DNA of 32,000 nt from Acidobacteriota bacterium (GTDB lineage: Bacteria; Pseudomonadota; Alphaproteobacteria; Caulobacterales; Hyphomonadaceae): the NCBI GenBank assembly GCA_016712445.1, contig JADJRB010000010.1, positions 85,778-117,777 of the forward strand. Reading direction: 5' to 3'. The notes under the pieces are model-generated. The model made no database searches and had not been told where the DNA came from. It saw only the letters and a program-made list of their open reading frames with translations. The position numbers and the translations under genes are program-made. Positions within the stretch are counted from its first letter, which is position 1; the number at the start of each line of letters is the position of its first letter. Shown here in pieces: positions 1 through 9,352 of this stretch.

Positions 1-1493
1 AACAGGTAGGAGCCGATCGGCTTGTTCGGTTCGCGCAGGCCCGCGCGGGCGAGCTTGATCGAGGCGGCGAGCGCAACGATGGCTTCGTCCTGGCCGAACA
101 CCACGCGCTTGAGATCACCTTCCAGCGATTTCAGCGAAGCAGCATCGTCGCTCGTCACCTGCTTGGGAGGAATGCGCGCAATCTTCGCGACGACCGCCTC
201 GATGTCGCGGATGCCGACCTGCTTCTTGCGCTTCGAGGCCGGCAGCAGCCACTGCGCCGCACCCGCTTCGTCGATCACGTCGATCGCCTTGTCGGGCAGC
301 TTGCGGTCCGTGATGTAACGGTCCGACAGCTCCACCGCCGCCTTGATCGCGTCGTTGGTATATTTCAGCCCGTGGAAGTCCTCGAACTTCGACTTCAGAC
401 CCGTGAGGATCTTGATCGTGTCCGGAACTGTCGGCTCGACCACGTCGATCTTGCGGAACCGGCGGCTCAGCGCGCGGTCCTTCTCGAAGTGCTGCTTGTA
501 TTCCTTGAACGTCGTCGAGCCCATGCAGCGCAGGCCGCCGGACTGCAGCGCAGGCTTCAGCAGGTTCGACGCATCCATCGCGCCGCCGCTCGTTGCGCCC
601 GCGCCGATGATCGTGTGGATCTCGTCGATGAATAGGATCGCTTTTTCCTGCTGCTCGAGTTCCTTCATCACCGACTTGAGGCGCTCCTCGAAGTCGCCGC
701 GATAGCGCGTGCCGGCGAGCAGCGCGCCCATGTCGAGCGACCAGATGATCGCGTCGTCCAGGATTTCCGGCGCTTCGCCTTCAACGATCCGTTTGGCCAG
801 GCCTTCGGCAATCGCCGTCTTGCCCACGCCGGGATCGCCGACGAGGATCGGGTTGTTCTTGTTGCGCCGGCACAGCACTTCGATGCAGCGGTTCACTTCC
901 ATGTCGCGGCCGATCAGCGGGTCGATCTTGCCGGCCCGGGCGCGCGCATTGAGGTTCACGCAGTAGGTGTCGAGCGCTTCGTGGCCTTGCTTGACCGGCT
1001 CTTCCTCGCTCGCCTCGGCGCCGCGCGGCGTCGTCGGGCGCGACATGCCCGGCTGTTTCGCCACGCCGTGCGAGATGTAGTTCACCGCGTCGTACCGCGT
1101 CATGTCCTGCTCCTGCAGGAAGTAGGCGGCATGGCTTTCGCGTTCGGAGAAGATCGAGACCAGCACGTTGGCGCCGGTCACTTCCTCGCGCCCGGAGCTT
1201 TCGACATGCAGGATCGCGCGCTGCACGACCCGCTGGAAAGCAGCCGTCGGCTGCACCCGCCCGTCGCTGCCATCCACGATGAGGCTCGACAGCTCCTCAT
1301 CGATGTAGCGCGTCAGGTCGACCCGGAGCTCGTCGATATTGACCTTGCAGGCCCCCATCACGTCACGCGCGTGCTCGTCCTCCGTGAGGGCCAGCAACAG
1401 GTGCTCCAGCGTGGCGTACTCGTGATCGCGTTCGGATGCGAGCGAGAGCGCTTTTTCAAGAGCCGTTTCGAGAGGTTGGGAAAGACGGGGCAA
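1..1493 (-). CDS. clpA: ATP-dependent Clp protease ATP-binding subunit ClpA (partial, runs off left edge; probable TTG start)
   Basis: Reverse-strand reading gives LPRLSQPLETALEKALSLASERDHEYATLEHLLLALTEDEHARDVMGACKVNIDELR, a ClpA N-domain signature. The AAA2 linker region near position 300 reads KLPDKAIDVIDEAGAAQ. It lies directly downstream of clpS. The supplied ORF track lists only antisense ORFs here. Confidence 0.93.
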   Translation of the reverse strand, partial: MPRLSQPLETALEKALSLASERDHEYATLEHLLLALTEDEHARDVMGACKVNIDELRVDLTRYIDEELSSLIVDGSDGRVQPTAAFQRVVQRAILHVESSGREEVTGANVLVSIFSERESHAAYFLQEQDMTRYDAVNYISHGVAKQPGMSRPTTPRGAEASEEEPVKQGHEALDTYCVNLNARARAGKIDPLIGRDMEVNRCIEVLCRRNKNNPILVGDPGVGKTAIAEGLAKRIVEGEAPEILDDAIIWSLDMGALLAGTRYRGDFEERLKSVMKELEQQEKAILFIDEIHTIIGAGATSGGAMDASNLLKPALQSGGLRCMGSTTFKEYKQHFEKDRALSRRFRKIDVVEPTVPDTIKILTGLKSKFEDFHGLKYTNDAIKAAVELSDRYITDRKLPDKAIDVIDEAGAAQWLLPASKRKKQVGIRDIEAVVAKIARIPPKQVTSDDAASLKSLEGDLKRVVFGQDEAIVALAASIKLARAGLREPNKPIGSYL

Positions 1494-1552
1494 GGAATGA
1501 AGCCTTTTCGGAGGTCGAGTTGGGAGGGGTCTTCTCTGGTTATATGGGGCGT

Positions 1553-1936
1553 CTAGTCTTCTTTCTCCATGACGCACTGGAGAGGATGTTCATGCCGGCG
1601 CGCGAGGTCCAGCACCTGGGCCACCTTGGTCTCGGCAACCTCGAATGTATAGACCCCGCAGAGGCCGACGCCCTTCTGGTGGACGTGCAGCATGATCCGC
1701 GTGGCCTGCTCGCGCGACCGGTTGAAGAACCGCTCGAGTATGAACACCACGAATTCCATCGGCGTGTAGTCATCATTGAGCAGCAGTACGCGATACAATG
1801 ATGGCTTTTTTGTTTTGATCCGGGTTTCGGTCGCGAGATCAAAGCTTATCCCGTCGCCGCCATCCGGTGTTCCGCCCCCTGGGGCGCCGGGCGTCGGCGA
1901 TCCGGACATCCGGACCGGGGCGAAAGCGCTGCTCAT
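1553..1936 (-). CDS. clpS: ATP-dependent Clp protease adapter protein ClpS
   Basis: [61 protein letters not shown] is the canonical ClpS core. The start was placed at the internal ATG (MSSAFAPV) of the 146-aa ORF. Confidence 0.95.
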   Translation of the reverse strand: MSSAFAPVRMSGSPTPGAPGGGTPDGGDGISFDLATETRIKTKKPSLYRVLLLNDDYTPMEFVVFILERFFNRSREQATRIMLHVHQKGVGLCGVYTFEVAETKVAQVLDLARRHEHPLQCVMEKED

Positions 1937-2007
1937 GTCTGACAAGATATACGTTCCTGCACGAGTTTGAAGATGCAATTGGCGCCTGAGCACAGCTCTG
2001 CCCGAAA

Positions 2008-2406
2008 TCAGGGCGTCCGGAGGGCTTCGGCAAATGCGTTGAGACGCTTTAGATTGGTGCCGAGGTCGGAATAGCCAACCCGTGACCTTGAGTAAGCTGC
2101 AAAAGTCGACCGGTTGGCTTGCCCGGCCGCCGGCAGCACCAGCACGTCCACGTCGTCCTTGAACCTCAGCAGCGGGGTCACCGCCACGAAGGTCAGCCGC
2201 ATCGCCGCCGGATCCTGCTCTCCCAGCACCCAGCCGCGCCGCTCCCCCACCCGTTTCAGCGCCCGCATGTAAAGGTCGCCGGCCGGCACGTCATAGACCG
2301 GCGCCGCGCCGTCCGCCTCCGCCTGCGTCAGGCCGGGCGGTGCGAGTAGCGCCGTGTTGGGGCTTGAAGGGCGCGTCAGGGTGGCGAAGTCGACAAAACC
2401 GGTCAT
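2008..2406 (-). CDS. DUF1499 domain-containing protein
   Basis: Begins [25 protein letters not shown] and ends [30 protein letters not shown], the typical DUF1499 C-terminus. It is the 3' part of the track ORF 2008..2874. Confidence 0.75.
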   Translation of the reverse strand: MTGFVDFATLTRPSSPNTALLAPPGLTQAEADGAAPVYDVPAGDLYMRALKRVGERRGWVLGEQDPAAMRLTFVAVTPLLRFKDDVDVLVLPAAGQANRSTFAAYSRSRVGYSDLGTNLKRLNAFAEALRTP

Positions 2407-2423
2407 CGAAGCTGTCCTCTCGA

Positions 2424-3743
2424 TCAGTGCGGGCGCAACCCGGCGCGGCGGGCAAACGCGATGTTGACCCGGCTTTCCGGCCTGAGCGCAAGGCGCTCCT
2501 GAACCAGTGCCCGGGCAAGCGGGGCCACCTTGCCCCGGATGGCCGCCTCGGTCAGCGTCCAGTCGATCACGTCGCGCTGGGCATGGCTGCCGCCGAACAC
2601 GTTGGCAATCTGGCGCGCCGCCAGCAGCGGCTCGATGGCGCCCGCGAAGTCGCCGCGCTCGAACAGCAGCAGGCCGTCGATCACTGGCGCGCCGGTCTCC
2701 CGCATCCAGCGGTTCATTTCGCTCTGCGTGCTGCCCTGGTGCGCGATCTTCACAAGATCCGTCGCATCGCTGCGCCGGCCGGCGCCGATATAGGCGAGCG
2801 CGGCATGCACATCGTTGAAAGGATAGCACCGGCCATCTGCGTGCTGCGTCCAGGTGTCGGCCAGCTCGTCCCAACGGTCGCCGACGTCCACACCCAGCAG
2901 CTGCAACCGCCAGAGCAAGGAAGACGCGTCCACCAGGTTCTGCGCCACCGTGCTCGTCTCGGCGCGGACCTCTTCGTCATAAAGGCTGAGCGCAGCGTCG
3001 CCGTCACCCAGTTCCAGATGGCAGAGCGCCAGATGCCACCAGTTGTGCACTTTCAGGAAGTTGTCCGGCTGCGCCCAGTGCGAGCGCCGCTTGCGCATGA
3101 AATCGCGCCCTTCGGCTGCGCGCCCCTGCATCTCAAGCACATGCGCCACCGCGTGGTGCGCCCAGCTGTCATCCGGATCCCCCTCAAGTGCCTTGAGACC
3201 GGCGGTCTCGGCGCGGTGGTAATCGCCCATTTCCTCCAGACCGAAGGCCAGCATGCCCAGAAGGTGCGAACGCCCCGGCACGCCGTCCCAGGCCGGCAGT
3301 GCCCGCGCAATCCGGTCGCGCAGGTTGCGCGCGTTGGCGGTGAGGAAATCGGCCTGGTGCCCGGCCAGCAGTCCGATCAGGTCGCAGGGAAAGTTGGCAT
3401 TGTGCAGGTCGAGCGCCCGGGAGGCCGCCGTCCACTCCGTAGCCGCCGCGAGTTTGAGCGCGCCGAGGTGGCTCAGCTCGCGCGGCCCCAGCGGCATTTC
3501 GGCAATTTCCTCGACCATCCGCCGCGCTGACGCGGTCGCCTGCGGTTCGGTGGACATGGCGTAGATCCACGCCTTGGCAATCAGGGCCATGGCGAACTCT
3601 GGCGCCTCATCGAGGGCCTCGCGCAGAGGCTCGAGCGGATCGCCGCAAAAACGGGCAAACCGACCCACGGACAGATCAAACAGCTCCGCTGACCGGGGCG
3701 TTGCCCCTGTCAGTTCCACGCCTTGCCGGTCCCGAATCGTCAT
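2424..3743 (-). CDS. Tetratricopeptide repeat protein, TTC38-like
   Basis: Starts MTIRDRQGVELTGATPRSAELFDLSVGRF. It contains DDSWAHHAVAHVLEMQGRAAEGRDFM and NWWHLALCHLELGDGDAALSLYD, characteristic of the TTC38-like family. Confidence 0.8.
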   Translation of the reverse strand: MTIRDRQGVELTGATPRSAELFDLSVGRFARFCGDPLEPLREALDEAPEFAMALIAKAWIYAMSTEPQATASARRMVEEIAEMPLGPRELSHLGALKLAAATEWTAASRALDLHNANFPCDLIGLLAGHQADFLTANARNLRDRIARALPAWDGVPGRSHLLGMLAFGLEEMGDYHRAETAGLKALEGDPDDSWAHHAVAHVLEMQGRAAEGRDFMRKRRSHWAQPDNFLKVHNWWHLALCHLELGDGDAALSLYDEEVRAETSTVAQNLVDASSLLWRLQLLGVDVGDRWDELADTWTQHADGRCYPFNDVHAALAYIGAGRRSDATDLVKIAHQGSTQSEMNRWMRETGAPVIDGLLLFERGDFAGAIEPLLAARQIANVFGGSHAQRDVIDWTLTEAAIRGKVAPLARALVQERLALRPESRVNIAFARRAGLRPH

Positions 3744-3826
3744 CGCCTGGCTCCCGCCCGCGCCCCATCCGGCACACTCTGTGGCGGACGCCCCCGAGTC
3801 GCAAGCGGAACCGGGCGGGCGGCCAA

Positions 3827-3858
3827 ACGAAAAGGGCCGGACCAAGAAGGTCCGGCCC
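3827..3858 (-). terminator. Rho-independent terminator downstream of the phasin gene
   Basis: Perfect 10-bp stem GGGCCGGACC (3834-3843) / GGTCCGGCCC (3849-3858) with a 5-nt loop. On the minus strand it is followed by CTTTTCGTTT. Confidence 0.85.
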
Positions 3859-3918
3859 CTGAACTCTACTTCGCACGCTACTGCCGGACGCCTCCTGGAA
3901 GGCTGTCCAACCTCGAGC

Positions 3919-4335
3919 TTACTTCGCGAAGGAAGCCATATACGGTTTTGCAGCGTTGCGCCATGCGGCAACGCAAAGCTCGGTCTGGGCCGACATCTCG
4001 GTGGTGAAGGCCGAGAACATCGACTTGGCGAACGCCGATTGCAGCTCGAACATCTCGCGCGGGTCGCGGACATTGGCGAGCGTCTGGGTCAGCTCAACGC
4101 CCTGTTCCATGGCCGAAGTCATGAAGTTGACGTTCCGGTTGCCGAGTTCGCGCAGGACTTCGCCCGAAGCCACGGCGCTGTCGGTCATCGCCTTGACGCC
4201 GCCTTCAGCAAAGCCGGTGAACTTCGAGGCCATTTCAGTGATCTGGTCGACGCCCGCTTCGATCTGCTTGGTCGTTGCGGTGTTCGGACGGGCTTCCGCT
4301 TTGGCGCGGGCCGTCGATGCAGTGGTCTTGGCCAT
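3919..4335 (-). CDS. Phasin family protein
   Basis: MAKTTASTARAKAEARPNTATTKQIEAGVDQITEMASKFTGFAEGG... followed by SAFAKSMFSAFTTEMSAQTELCVAAWRNAAKP, with phasin-like amphipathic helices. Confidence 0.82.
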   Translation of the reverse strand: MAKTTASTARAKAEARPNTATTKQIEAGVDQITEMASKFTGFAEGGVKAMTDSAVASGEVLRELGNRNVNFMTSAMEQGVELTQTLANVRDPREMFELQSAFAKSMFSAFTTEMSAQTELCVAAWRNAAKPYMASFAK

Positions 4336-4569
4336 TTGGGGAATCCTTCTGTTGTAAGGTGTGTTCTGGATAGCACACTCCCCTCGCAAGTGCAATAAAT
4401 TTTGTGCGCTGCAACATTAATCATTTGGCGTTGGGTTTGCATTCATCTTGCATCAGTTACAAAACTATCAGCGACGGGGCTGCGTTAAGGTGTGGTCAAC
4501 TGGTTTGACCGAATCTAGGTTCCACTCGGGAAGACCGGGGGTTCTGCGTATTTTGGAGGTGGCCGTTTA

Positions 4570-5748
4570 ATGGCGCTGCTCAACCTTTCCCTGTACCGCG
4601 CCGCGGCTGCCACCCTGGCGGTTGCATCGGTTGGCGCGATGGCTGCCCCCTCGGCCCTGGCTGAAAAATATGCCGCGCTGGTCATGGATGCCGATACCAA
4701 CGAGATCCTGCATTCCCGCAACGCTGAAGACCTTCGGTATCCCGCGTCGCTGACCAAGGTGATGACGCTTTACCTGCTGTTTGACGCCATCGATTCCGGC
4801 GAGGTCAAACTCACCGACAAGATGACCGTGTCGCGCAACGCCGCAGCCCAGCCGCCGTCGAACCTCAAGCTGAAGTCCGGCGACAAGATCAAGGTCGAAG
4901 ACGCGATCTACGCGCTGGTCACCAAATCGGCCAACGATGTGGCCGTGGTCGTGGCCGAACACCTCGGCGGCACCGAGCGCAAGTTCGCCGTCAAGATGAC
5001 CGACAAGGCCCGCGACCTCGGCCTCAAGAACACGACCTTCAAGAACGCGTCCGGCCTGCCGAACACCGAGCAGACCACGACCGCCTACGACCTCGCGCTC
5101 CTCGCCGATGCGCTGATGGAGCAGCACGAGCAGTATTATCACTACTTCCAGAAGGACAAGTTCTCCTGGGGCCGGATGGTCTACAAGAACCACAACGACC
5201 TGATCGGCAAGGTCGACGGCGTTGACGGCATCAAGACTGGCTACACCCGCGCCTCCGGCTTCAACCTGATGACCTCCGCCGAACGCGATGGCCACCGTGT
5301 GATCGCGGTGATGCTCGGCGGCGCAACCGCCAAGTCGCGCAACGAGCATGTCGAAGCCCTCGTCGAAGCCGCCTTCGCCACGCTGGGCGGCCCGGCCGAC
5401 CCGACCTCGCCCCAGCTGCGCGGCACGACCGCCACCTTCGCCTCGGTCGAGACCCCGGTGAACCCCAACGCCGCCGCCGAGCCGATGCTCAATGGCAAGC
5501 CGCTCAGCGCCTTCACCGCACCGGCCGTCAACCTGACCCTCGCCGAGAACACCGAAGAAGACCTGCCGGGCGACGCGATCGTCATGGAAGGCGACAGCTC
5601 CGAAGACGTGGCCGAAATGCAGCCCTCGCCGGCCCTGCCCGCGCCCGGCGCCAGCTTCTCGGTCAGCGAGTACGAAGCCCGCCAGGTCGCCAAGCCCGAC
5701 CCGGCCGCTGAAGTCAGCGAATACGTCCGCCGCCAGATCCGCCGCTGA
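4570..5748 (+). CDS. D-alanyl-D-alanine carboxypeptidase, peptidase S11 family
   Basis: Signal peptide followed by YPASLTKVMTLYLLFDAI (SxxK), KSANDVAVVVAEHLGG (SxN) and VDGIKTGYTRASGFNLMTSAERDGHRVIAVMLG (KTG), the S11/PBP5-6 motifs. Confidence 0.93.
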   Translation: MALLNLSLYRAAAATLAVASVGAMAAPSALAEKYAALVMDADTNEILHSRNAEDLRYPASLTKVMTLYLLFDAIDSGEVKLTDKMTVSRNAAAQPPSNLKLKSGDKIKVEDAIYALVTKSANDVAVVVAEHLGGTERKFAVKMTDKARDLGLKNTTFKNASGLPNTEQTTTAYDLALLADALMEQHEQYYHYFQKDKFSWGRMVYKNHNDLIGKVDGVDGIKTGYTRASGFNLMTSAERDGHRVIAVMLGGATAKSRNEHVEALVEAAFATLGGPADPTSPQLRGTTATFASVETPVNPNAAAEPMLNGKPLSAFTAPAVNLTLAENTEEDLPGDAIVMEGDSSEDVAEMQPSPALPAPGASFSVSEYEARQVAKPDPAAEVSEYVRRQIRR

Positions 5749-5838
5749 GGCGGTGAGCGCACCGGGGGGCTTGCCGAAGCCGCCCGGCTCCCGCACAACG
5801 CCGCTCCCTGTCCTGAACCGGCCCGGAGCAGCCCGCAC

Positions 5839-6804
5839 GTGAGCGCATCCTCAGACCTGAACCTCGCCCGCAGCGTCGTCCGCATCGAACGCGACGCGCT
5901 CGACAAGCTTGAAATGTCCCTCGGCAACAGCCTGGTCGAAGCGGTCGATGTCATCCTGTCGACTGACCGGCACGTCGTCGTCGCCGGCGTAGGCAAGTCC
6001 GGACATATCGGACAGAAGATCGCCGCGAGCCTCGCCTCGACCGGCACGCCCTCTTTCTTCATCCACCCGACCGAAGCCAGCCACGGCGACCTCGGCATGC
6101 TGGTGCCGGGCTCGGTCGTCATCGCCATTTCCTATTCCGGCGAAAGCCGCGAACTCGTCGACCTCCTGCGCTACTGCAAGGCCAACAACATTCCCCTCAT
6201 CGCGATGACCCGCGCCGCCGATTCCACGCTCGGCCGTTTCGCCGATGTGCTGCTGGAAATGCCGACGGTTGCCGAAGCCTGCCCCAACGGCCTCGCGCCC
6301 ACCTCGTCCACCACGATGGCGCTTGCCCTCGGCGACGCATTGACCATCGTCCTGATGGCGCGGCGCGGCTTCTCGCGCGAGGATTTCGGCTTCCGCCACC
6401 CCGGCGGCAAGCTCGGCCGCACCCTGCAGACGGCCGGCGATTATGTCCGTGAGCGGAAGGATGCGCTTCCGCTGGTCGAAGCCGGCGCCAATTTCGAAGC
6501 GCTTGTCTATGCCGTCTCCGAAGGCCGCAAGGGCTGCGCCGGCGTGGTAGACGACAAGGGCGCGCTCGTCGGCATGGTCACCGACGGCGACCTGCGCCGC
6601 GCCATGCTCGCCGGCAAGACCGGCCTTCCCGCCCGCGACGTGATGACCGTCCGCCCACGCACGATCGACCCGGACGAACGCATGCAGTTCGTCATCAAGG
6701 CGCTGAGCGAGAACCGCATCTCGAACGCCTTCGTCGTCGGCGAGAACGGCGCCCCGCTCGGCCTCATCGACATGAAGGACCTGCTCGCCGAGGGCTACCT
6801 CTGA
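5839..6804 (+). CDS. kdsD: KpsF/GutQ family sugar-phosphate isomerase (arabinose-5-phosphate isomerase)
   Basis: SIS domain (VVVAGVGKSGHIGQKIAASLASTGTPSFFIHPTEASHGDLGM) plus two CBS domains (VGMVTDGDLRRAM...VMTVRPRTIDPD). GTG start. Confidence 0.92.
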   Translation: MSASSDLNLARSVVRIERDALDKLEMSLGNSLVEAVDVILSTDRHVVVAGVGKSGHIGQKIAASLASTGTPSFFIHPTEASHGDLGMLVPGSVVIAISYSGESRELVDLLRYCKANNIPLIAMTRAADSTLGRFADVLLEMPTVAEACPNGLAPTSSTTMALALGDALTIVLMARRGFSREDFGFRHPGGKLGRTLQTAGDYVRERKDALPLVEAGANFEALVYAVSEGRKGCAGVVDDKGALVGMVTDGDLRRAMLAGKTGLPARDVMTVRPRTIDPDERMQFVIKALSENRISNAFVVGENGAPLGLIDMKDLLAEGYL

Positions 6805-6853
6805 CCCACGCGCCCCCTCGCCCGAAGGCGAAGGGGCCGGGACCCGCAGGTAT

Positions 6854-7648
6854 CTATTTCACCAGTTCGAACAACACGCTGACGCTCGCCGTCACACCCA
6901 CTTCGCCGCCCGAAACCGGCGAAGACGCCTGGTCCATCGCCATTTCCGCGCGGGCATAAGCCATCGGCTGCGGCGCATACTCGTAGCCCTCGTTGATGGT
7001 CACGATCCGCGCCACGCGCATGCCGGCCGCCGAGGCATAGAGCTCCGCCTTCGCCATCGCATCCTTCATCGCCATCGTGCGGGCTTCGTTCTTGATTTCC
7101 TTGTCATCCTCGATCGCGAAGTTGACGCCGGAGAACGTGTTGCCGCCCGATTTCACCAGGCTGTCGATGGTGGCGCCCAGCGAATCCAGGTCGCGCACGC
7201 GCGCCGTCACCTGGTTGGTCGCCACGTAGCCGGCCAGCTTCTGCACGCCGCGCGAGCTGCCATCCTTCAGCTTCTCCTCGATATAGTCATAGCGCGGATA
7301 GAGGCTCAGGCCGGACGTCTGGATGTCCCGTTTCGTCAGGCCGGCCTTCTCGAGCGCGGCAAACACGCCGTTCATCGCCTTTGCCTGCGCGGCCATCGCT
7401 TCACCCGCGGTCGCGCGCTCCTCGGTGACACCCGCCGTGATGTAGGCAATGTCAGGCGCGCGCTGGATCTTGGCTTCTGCGTTGATCTGCAGCGTCGTCT
7501 CGGGCTGGATCGAATTGTGGTTCATCATCTGCGCCATTGCAGGGTTCCCCGTCATGGGCGCTGCCGAAGCAGGCATTGGCATTTGTGCGCAGGCGACAGG
7601 CGCCGCGGCGAACATCAGGGCAATCAACGAAATTAAGGGACGTTTCAT
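6854..7648 (-). CDS. SIMPL domain-containing protein (DUF541), secreted
   Basis: Signal peptide MKRPLISLIALMFAAAPVACAQ followed by AEAKIQRAPDIAYITAGVTEERATAGEAMAAQAKAMNGVFAALEKAGL, typical of DUF541/SIMPL. Confidence 0.88.
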   Translation of the reverse strand: MKRPLISLIALMFAAAPVACAQMPMPASAAPMTGNPAMAQMMNHNSIQPETTLQINAEAKIQRAPDIAYITAGVTEERATAGEAMAAQAKAMNGVFAALEKAGLTKRDIQTSGLSLYPRYDYIEEKLKDGSSRGVQKLAGYVATNQVTARVRDLDSLGATIDSLVKSGGNTFSGVNFAIEDDKEIKNEARTMAMKDAMAKAELYASAAGMRVARIVTINEGYEYAPQPMAYARAEMAMDQASSPVSGGEVGVTASVSVLFELVK

Positions 7649-7747
7649 GGAGGTCTCCTTCGAGGGGTGAGTAACCGGTACGCCTGTCTTCTCTACCGAA
7701 CAAGGCCGTTGCAAGGCGTCCCTGCGGCGCCTAAACGACCTGCGCAG

Positions 7748-7824
7748 GGGCCTGTAGCTCAGTTGGTTAGAGCGGACCGCTCATAACGGTTTGGTCGCAG
7801 GTTCAAGTCCTGCCGGGCCCACCA
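7748..7824 (+). tRNA. tRNA with CAU anticodon, probably tRNA-Ile2 (lysidine-modified) rather than elongator Met
   Basis: Full cloverleaf: acceptor GGGCCTG/CGGGCCC, D stem GCTC/GAGC, anticodon stem GACCG/CGGTT with loop CTCATAA, T arm GCAGG-TTCAAGT-CCTGC, and encoded ACCA. The acceptor and 5' sequence resemble alphaproteobacterial tRNA-Ile. C1-A72 is absent, so it is not an initiator. Confidence 0.93.
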
Positions 7825-7960
7825 CACCTCCCGCGCCATCGGCAACATCGGGAACGAGCCGGCCCGCCGCCGGTTCCCTGATCGCCGCCGCCCCTTCCCA
7901 TGGGGCGCCTGTTGCGTGAGGTTCGGGCGGCACCACACCCATGATTGCGGAGGCCCGCCC

Positions 7961-9211
7961 ATGAAAGCCGATTCACGTCCGCCCCGCTCGCTGGCCGCCA
8001 TGCGACTTGCCGCCGGCAGCCTGCTGATCGCCATGAGCGCGCTATATGTCGCCGCCGTGCTGAACACGGGCGCGGCCTGGGGCTATGCCAAGGCCTTCGC
8101 CGAGGCTGCCATGGTCGGCGGCCTCGCCGACTGGTTCGCCGTCACCGCCCTCTTCCGCCGGCCGCTCGGACTGCCGATCCCGCACACGGCGATCATTCCC
8201 CGCAGCAAGGCACGCATCGCAACCGCGCTCGGGGATTTCGTTGCCGTCAACTTCCTCGCACCAGACGTCGTGCGCGAACGCCTCGGCCAGCAGGACCTCG
8301 CCGGCTCCCTCGCCCGCCAGATCAGCGATCCCCAGACCGCGCGCCGCATCGCAGACGGCCTGTTCGACGCCCTGCCGGGCCTCGTCGACCTGCTCGACGA
8401 CGACGCCGTGAGCGACTTCCTGCACCGGCAGATGTCGGAACTGAGCCGGGGCGGACGCCTGCCCTCGGCCATCGGCTCAGGCCTGCGCCTGCTCACCGAT
8501 CAGGGTCGCCACCAGCCGGTGCTGGATGCCGCCCTGTCGGAAGCGTGGCATGCACTGGCGGAAAACGAGCCAGTCATCCGCGCAAGTGTCAGCGCGCGCA
8601 CCAACTGGTTCCTGCGGCTCGTATCGGTCGACGCGAGCACCTCGAATGCCATGATTGGCGCCATCGAAGACTCGCTGCGCGCAATGGCGCATAATCCTGA
8701 CCATCCGGCCCGCCAGCGGGTGACCGCGCTGTTGCAGCGGTTCTCGGACGATCTGCAGAAATCGCCCGCCCTTCAGGCGCAGGTGGAACAGGTTCTCGCC
8801 GAGGCGCTCGCCCATCCCGCCATCGGAACGTGGCTCGACGCGATCTGGGAAAGCCTGAAATCCGCCGTGCGCGACAGCGCCGCCGACTCCAATTCCGAAG
8901 CGCGTCAGGGGCTCGCCGACACGGTCGCCCACTTCGGCGAATCGCTCAGCACCGATCCGGCGGCGCAGGAGGCCATCAACAGCCGCCTGCGTGTCCTGCT
9001 TGCAGAGCTGGCCGGCCGGCATGGCAGCGACATCGCGCGCCTGATCTCCGACACCATCCAGGGCTGGGACTCGCGCACCGTCGTCGAAAAGCTCGAACAG
9101 AATGTCGGCCCGGACCTGCAGTTCATCCGCATCAACGGCACGCTGATCGGCGGACTCATCGGGCTTACGATCCATCAGCTGACGCTCTGGCTCGCCCCGC
9201 ACGGCGGGTGA
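7961..9211 (+). CDS. DUF445 family membrane-associated protein
   Basis: AAVLNTGAAWGYAKAFAEAAMVGGLADWFAVTALFRRPLGLPIPHTAIIPRSKARIATALGDFVAVNFL is the DUF445 N-terminal signature. C-terminal INGTLIGGLIGLTIHQL. Confidence 0.9.
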   Translation: MKADSRPPRSLAAMRLAAGSLLIAMSALYVAAVLNTGAAWGYAKAFAEAAMVGGLADWFAVTALFRRPLGLPIPHTAIIPRSKARIATALGDFVAVNFLAPDVVRERLGQQDLAGSLARQISDPQTARRIADGLFDALPGLVDLLDDDAVSDFLHRQMSELSRGGRLPSAIGSGLRLLTDQGRHQPVLDAALSEAWHALAENEPVIRASVSARTNWFLRLVSVDASTSNAMIGAIEDSLRAMAHNPDHPARQRVTALLQRFSDDLQKSPALQAQVEQVLAEALAHPAIGTWLDAIWESLKSAVRDSAADSNSEARQGLADTVAHFGESLSTDPAAQEAINSRLRVLLAELAGRHGSDIARLISDTIQGWDSRTVVEKLEQNVGPDLQFIRINGTLIGGLIGLTIHQLTLWLAPHGG

Positions 9212-9352
9212 TCGGAGGCAGGCGCCGCACGTGATTTTCCACCCCAAGATTACAGTTTGGCAATGAGAATGGGGTTTTCGCCGGTGGCGTTAAGTGGCAC
9301 TAGTCGGCAACGAAAAAATGCGCGCCCGAAGATGGTTCAGGAGTAGAGTGCC

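Noticed and set aside
2340-3530. 396-aa + strand ORF antisense to the TPR protein gene
   Set aside because: Shadow ORF; no motif, and the sense frame is well supported.
4567-5838. 423-aa + strand ORF overlapping the carboxypeptidase gene in another frame
   Set aside because: Low-complexity Gly/Arg/His/Val composition typical of antisense or shifted frames in GC-rich DNA. The other frame has clear S11 motifs.
6812-6835. Hairpin CCCCTCGCC-CGAA-GGCGAAGGGG between convergent kdsD and SIMPL genes as a terminator
   Set aside because: The stem needs a bulge and there is no T-run on either strand, so it was not called as a terminator.
7748-7824. tRNA gene as an integration site for a mobile element
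   Set aside because: No integrase, no direct repeat of the tRNA 3' end recognised, and ordinary chromosomal genes follow immediately.
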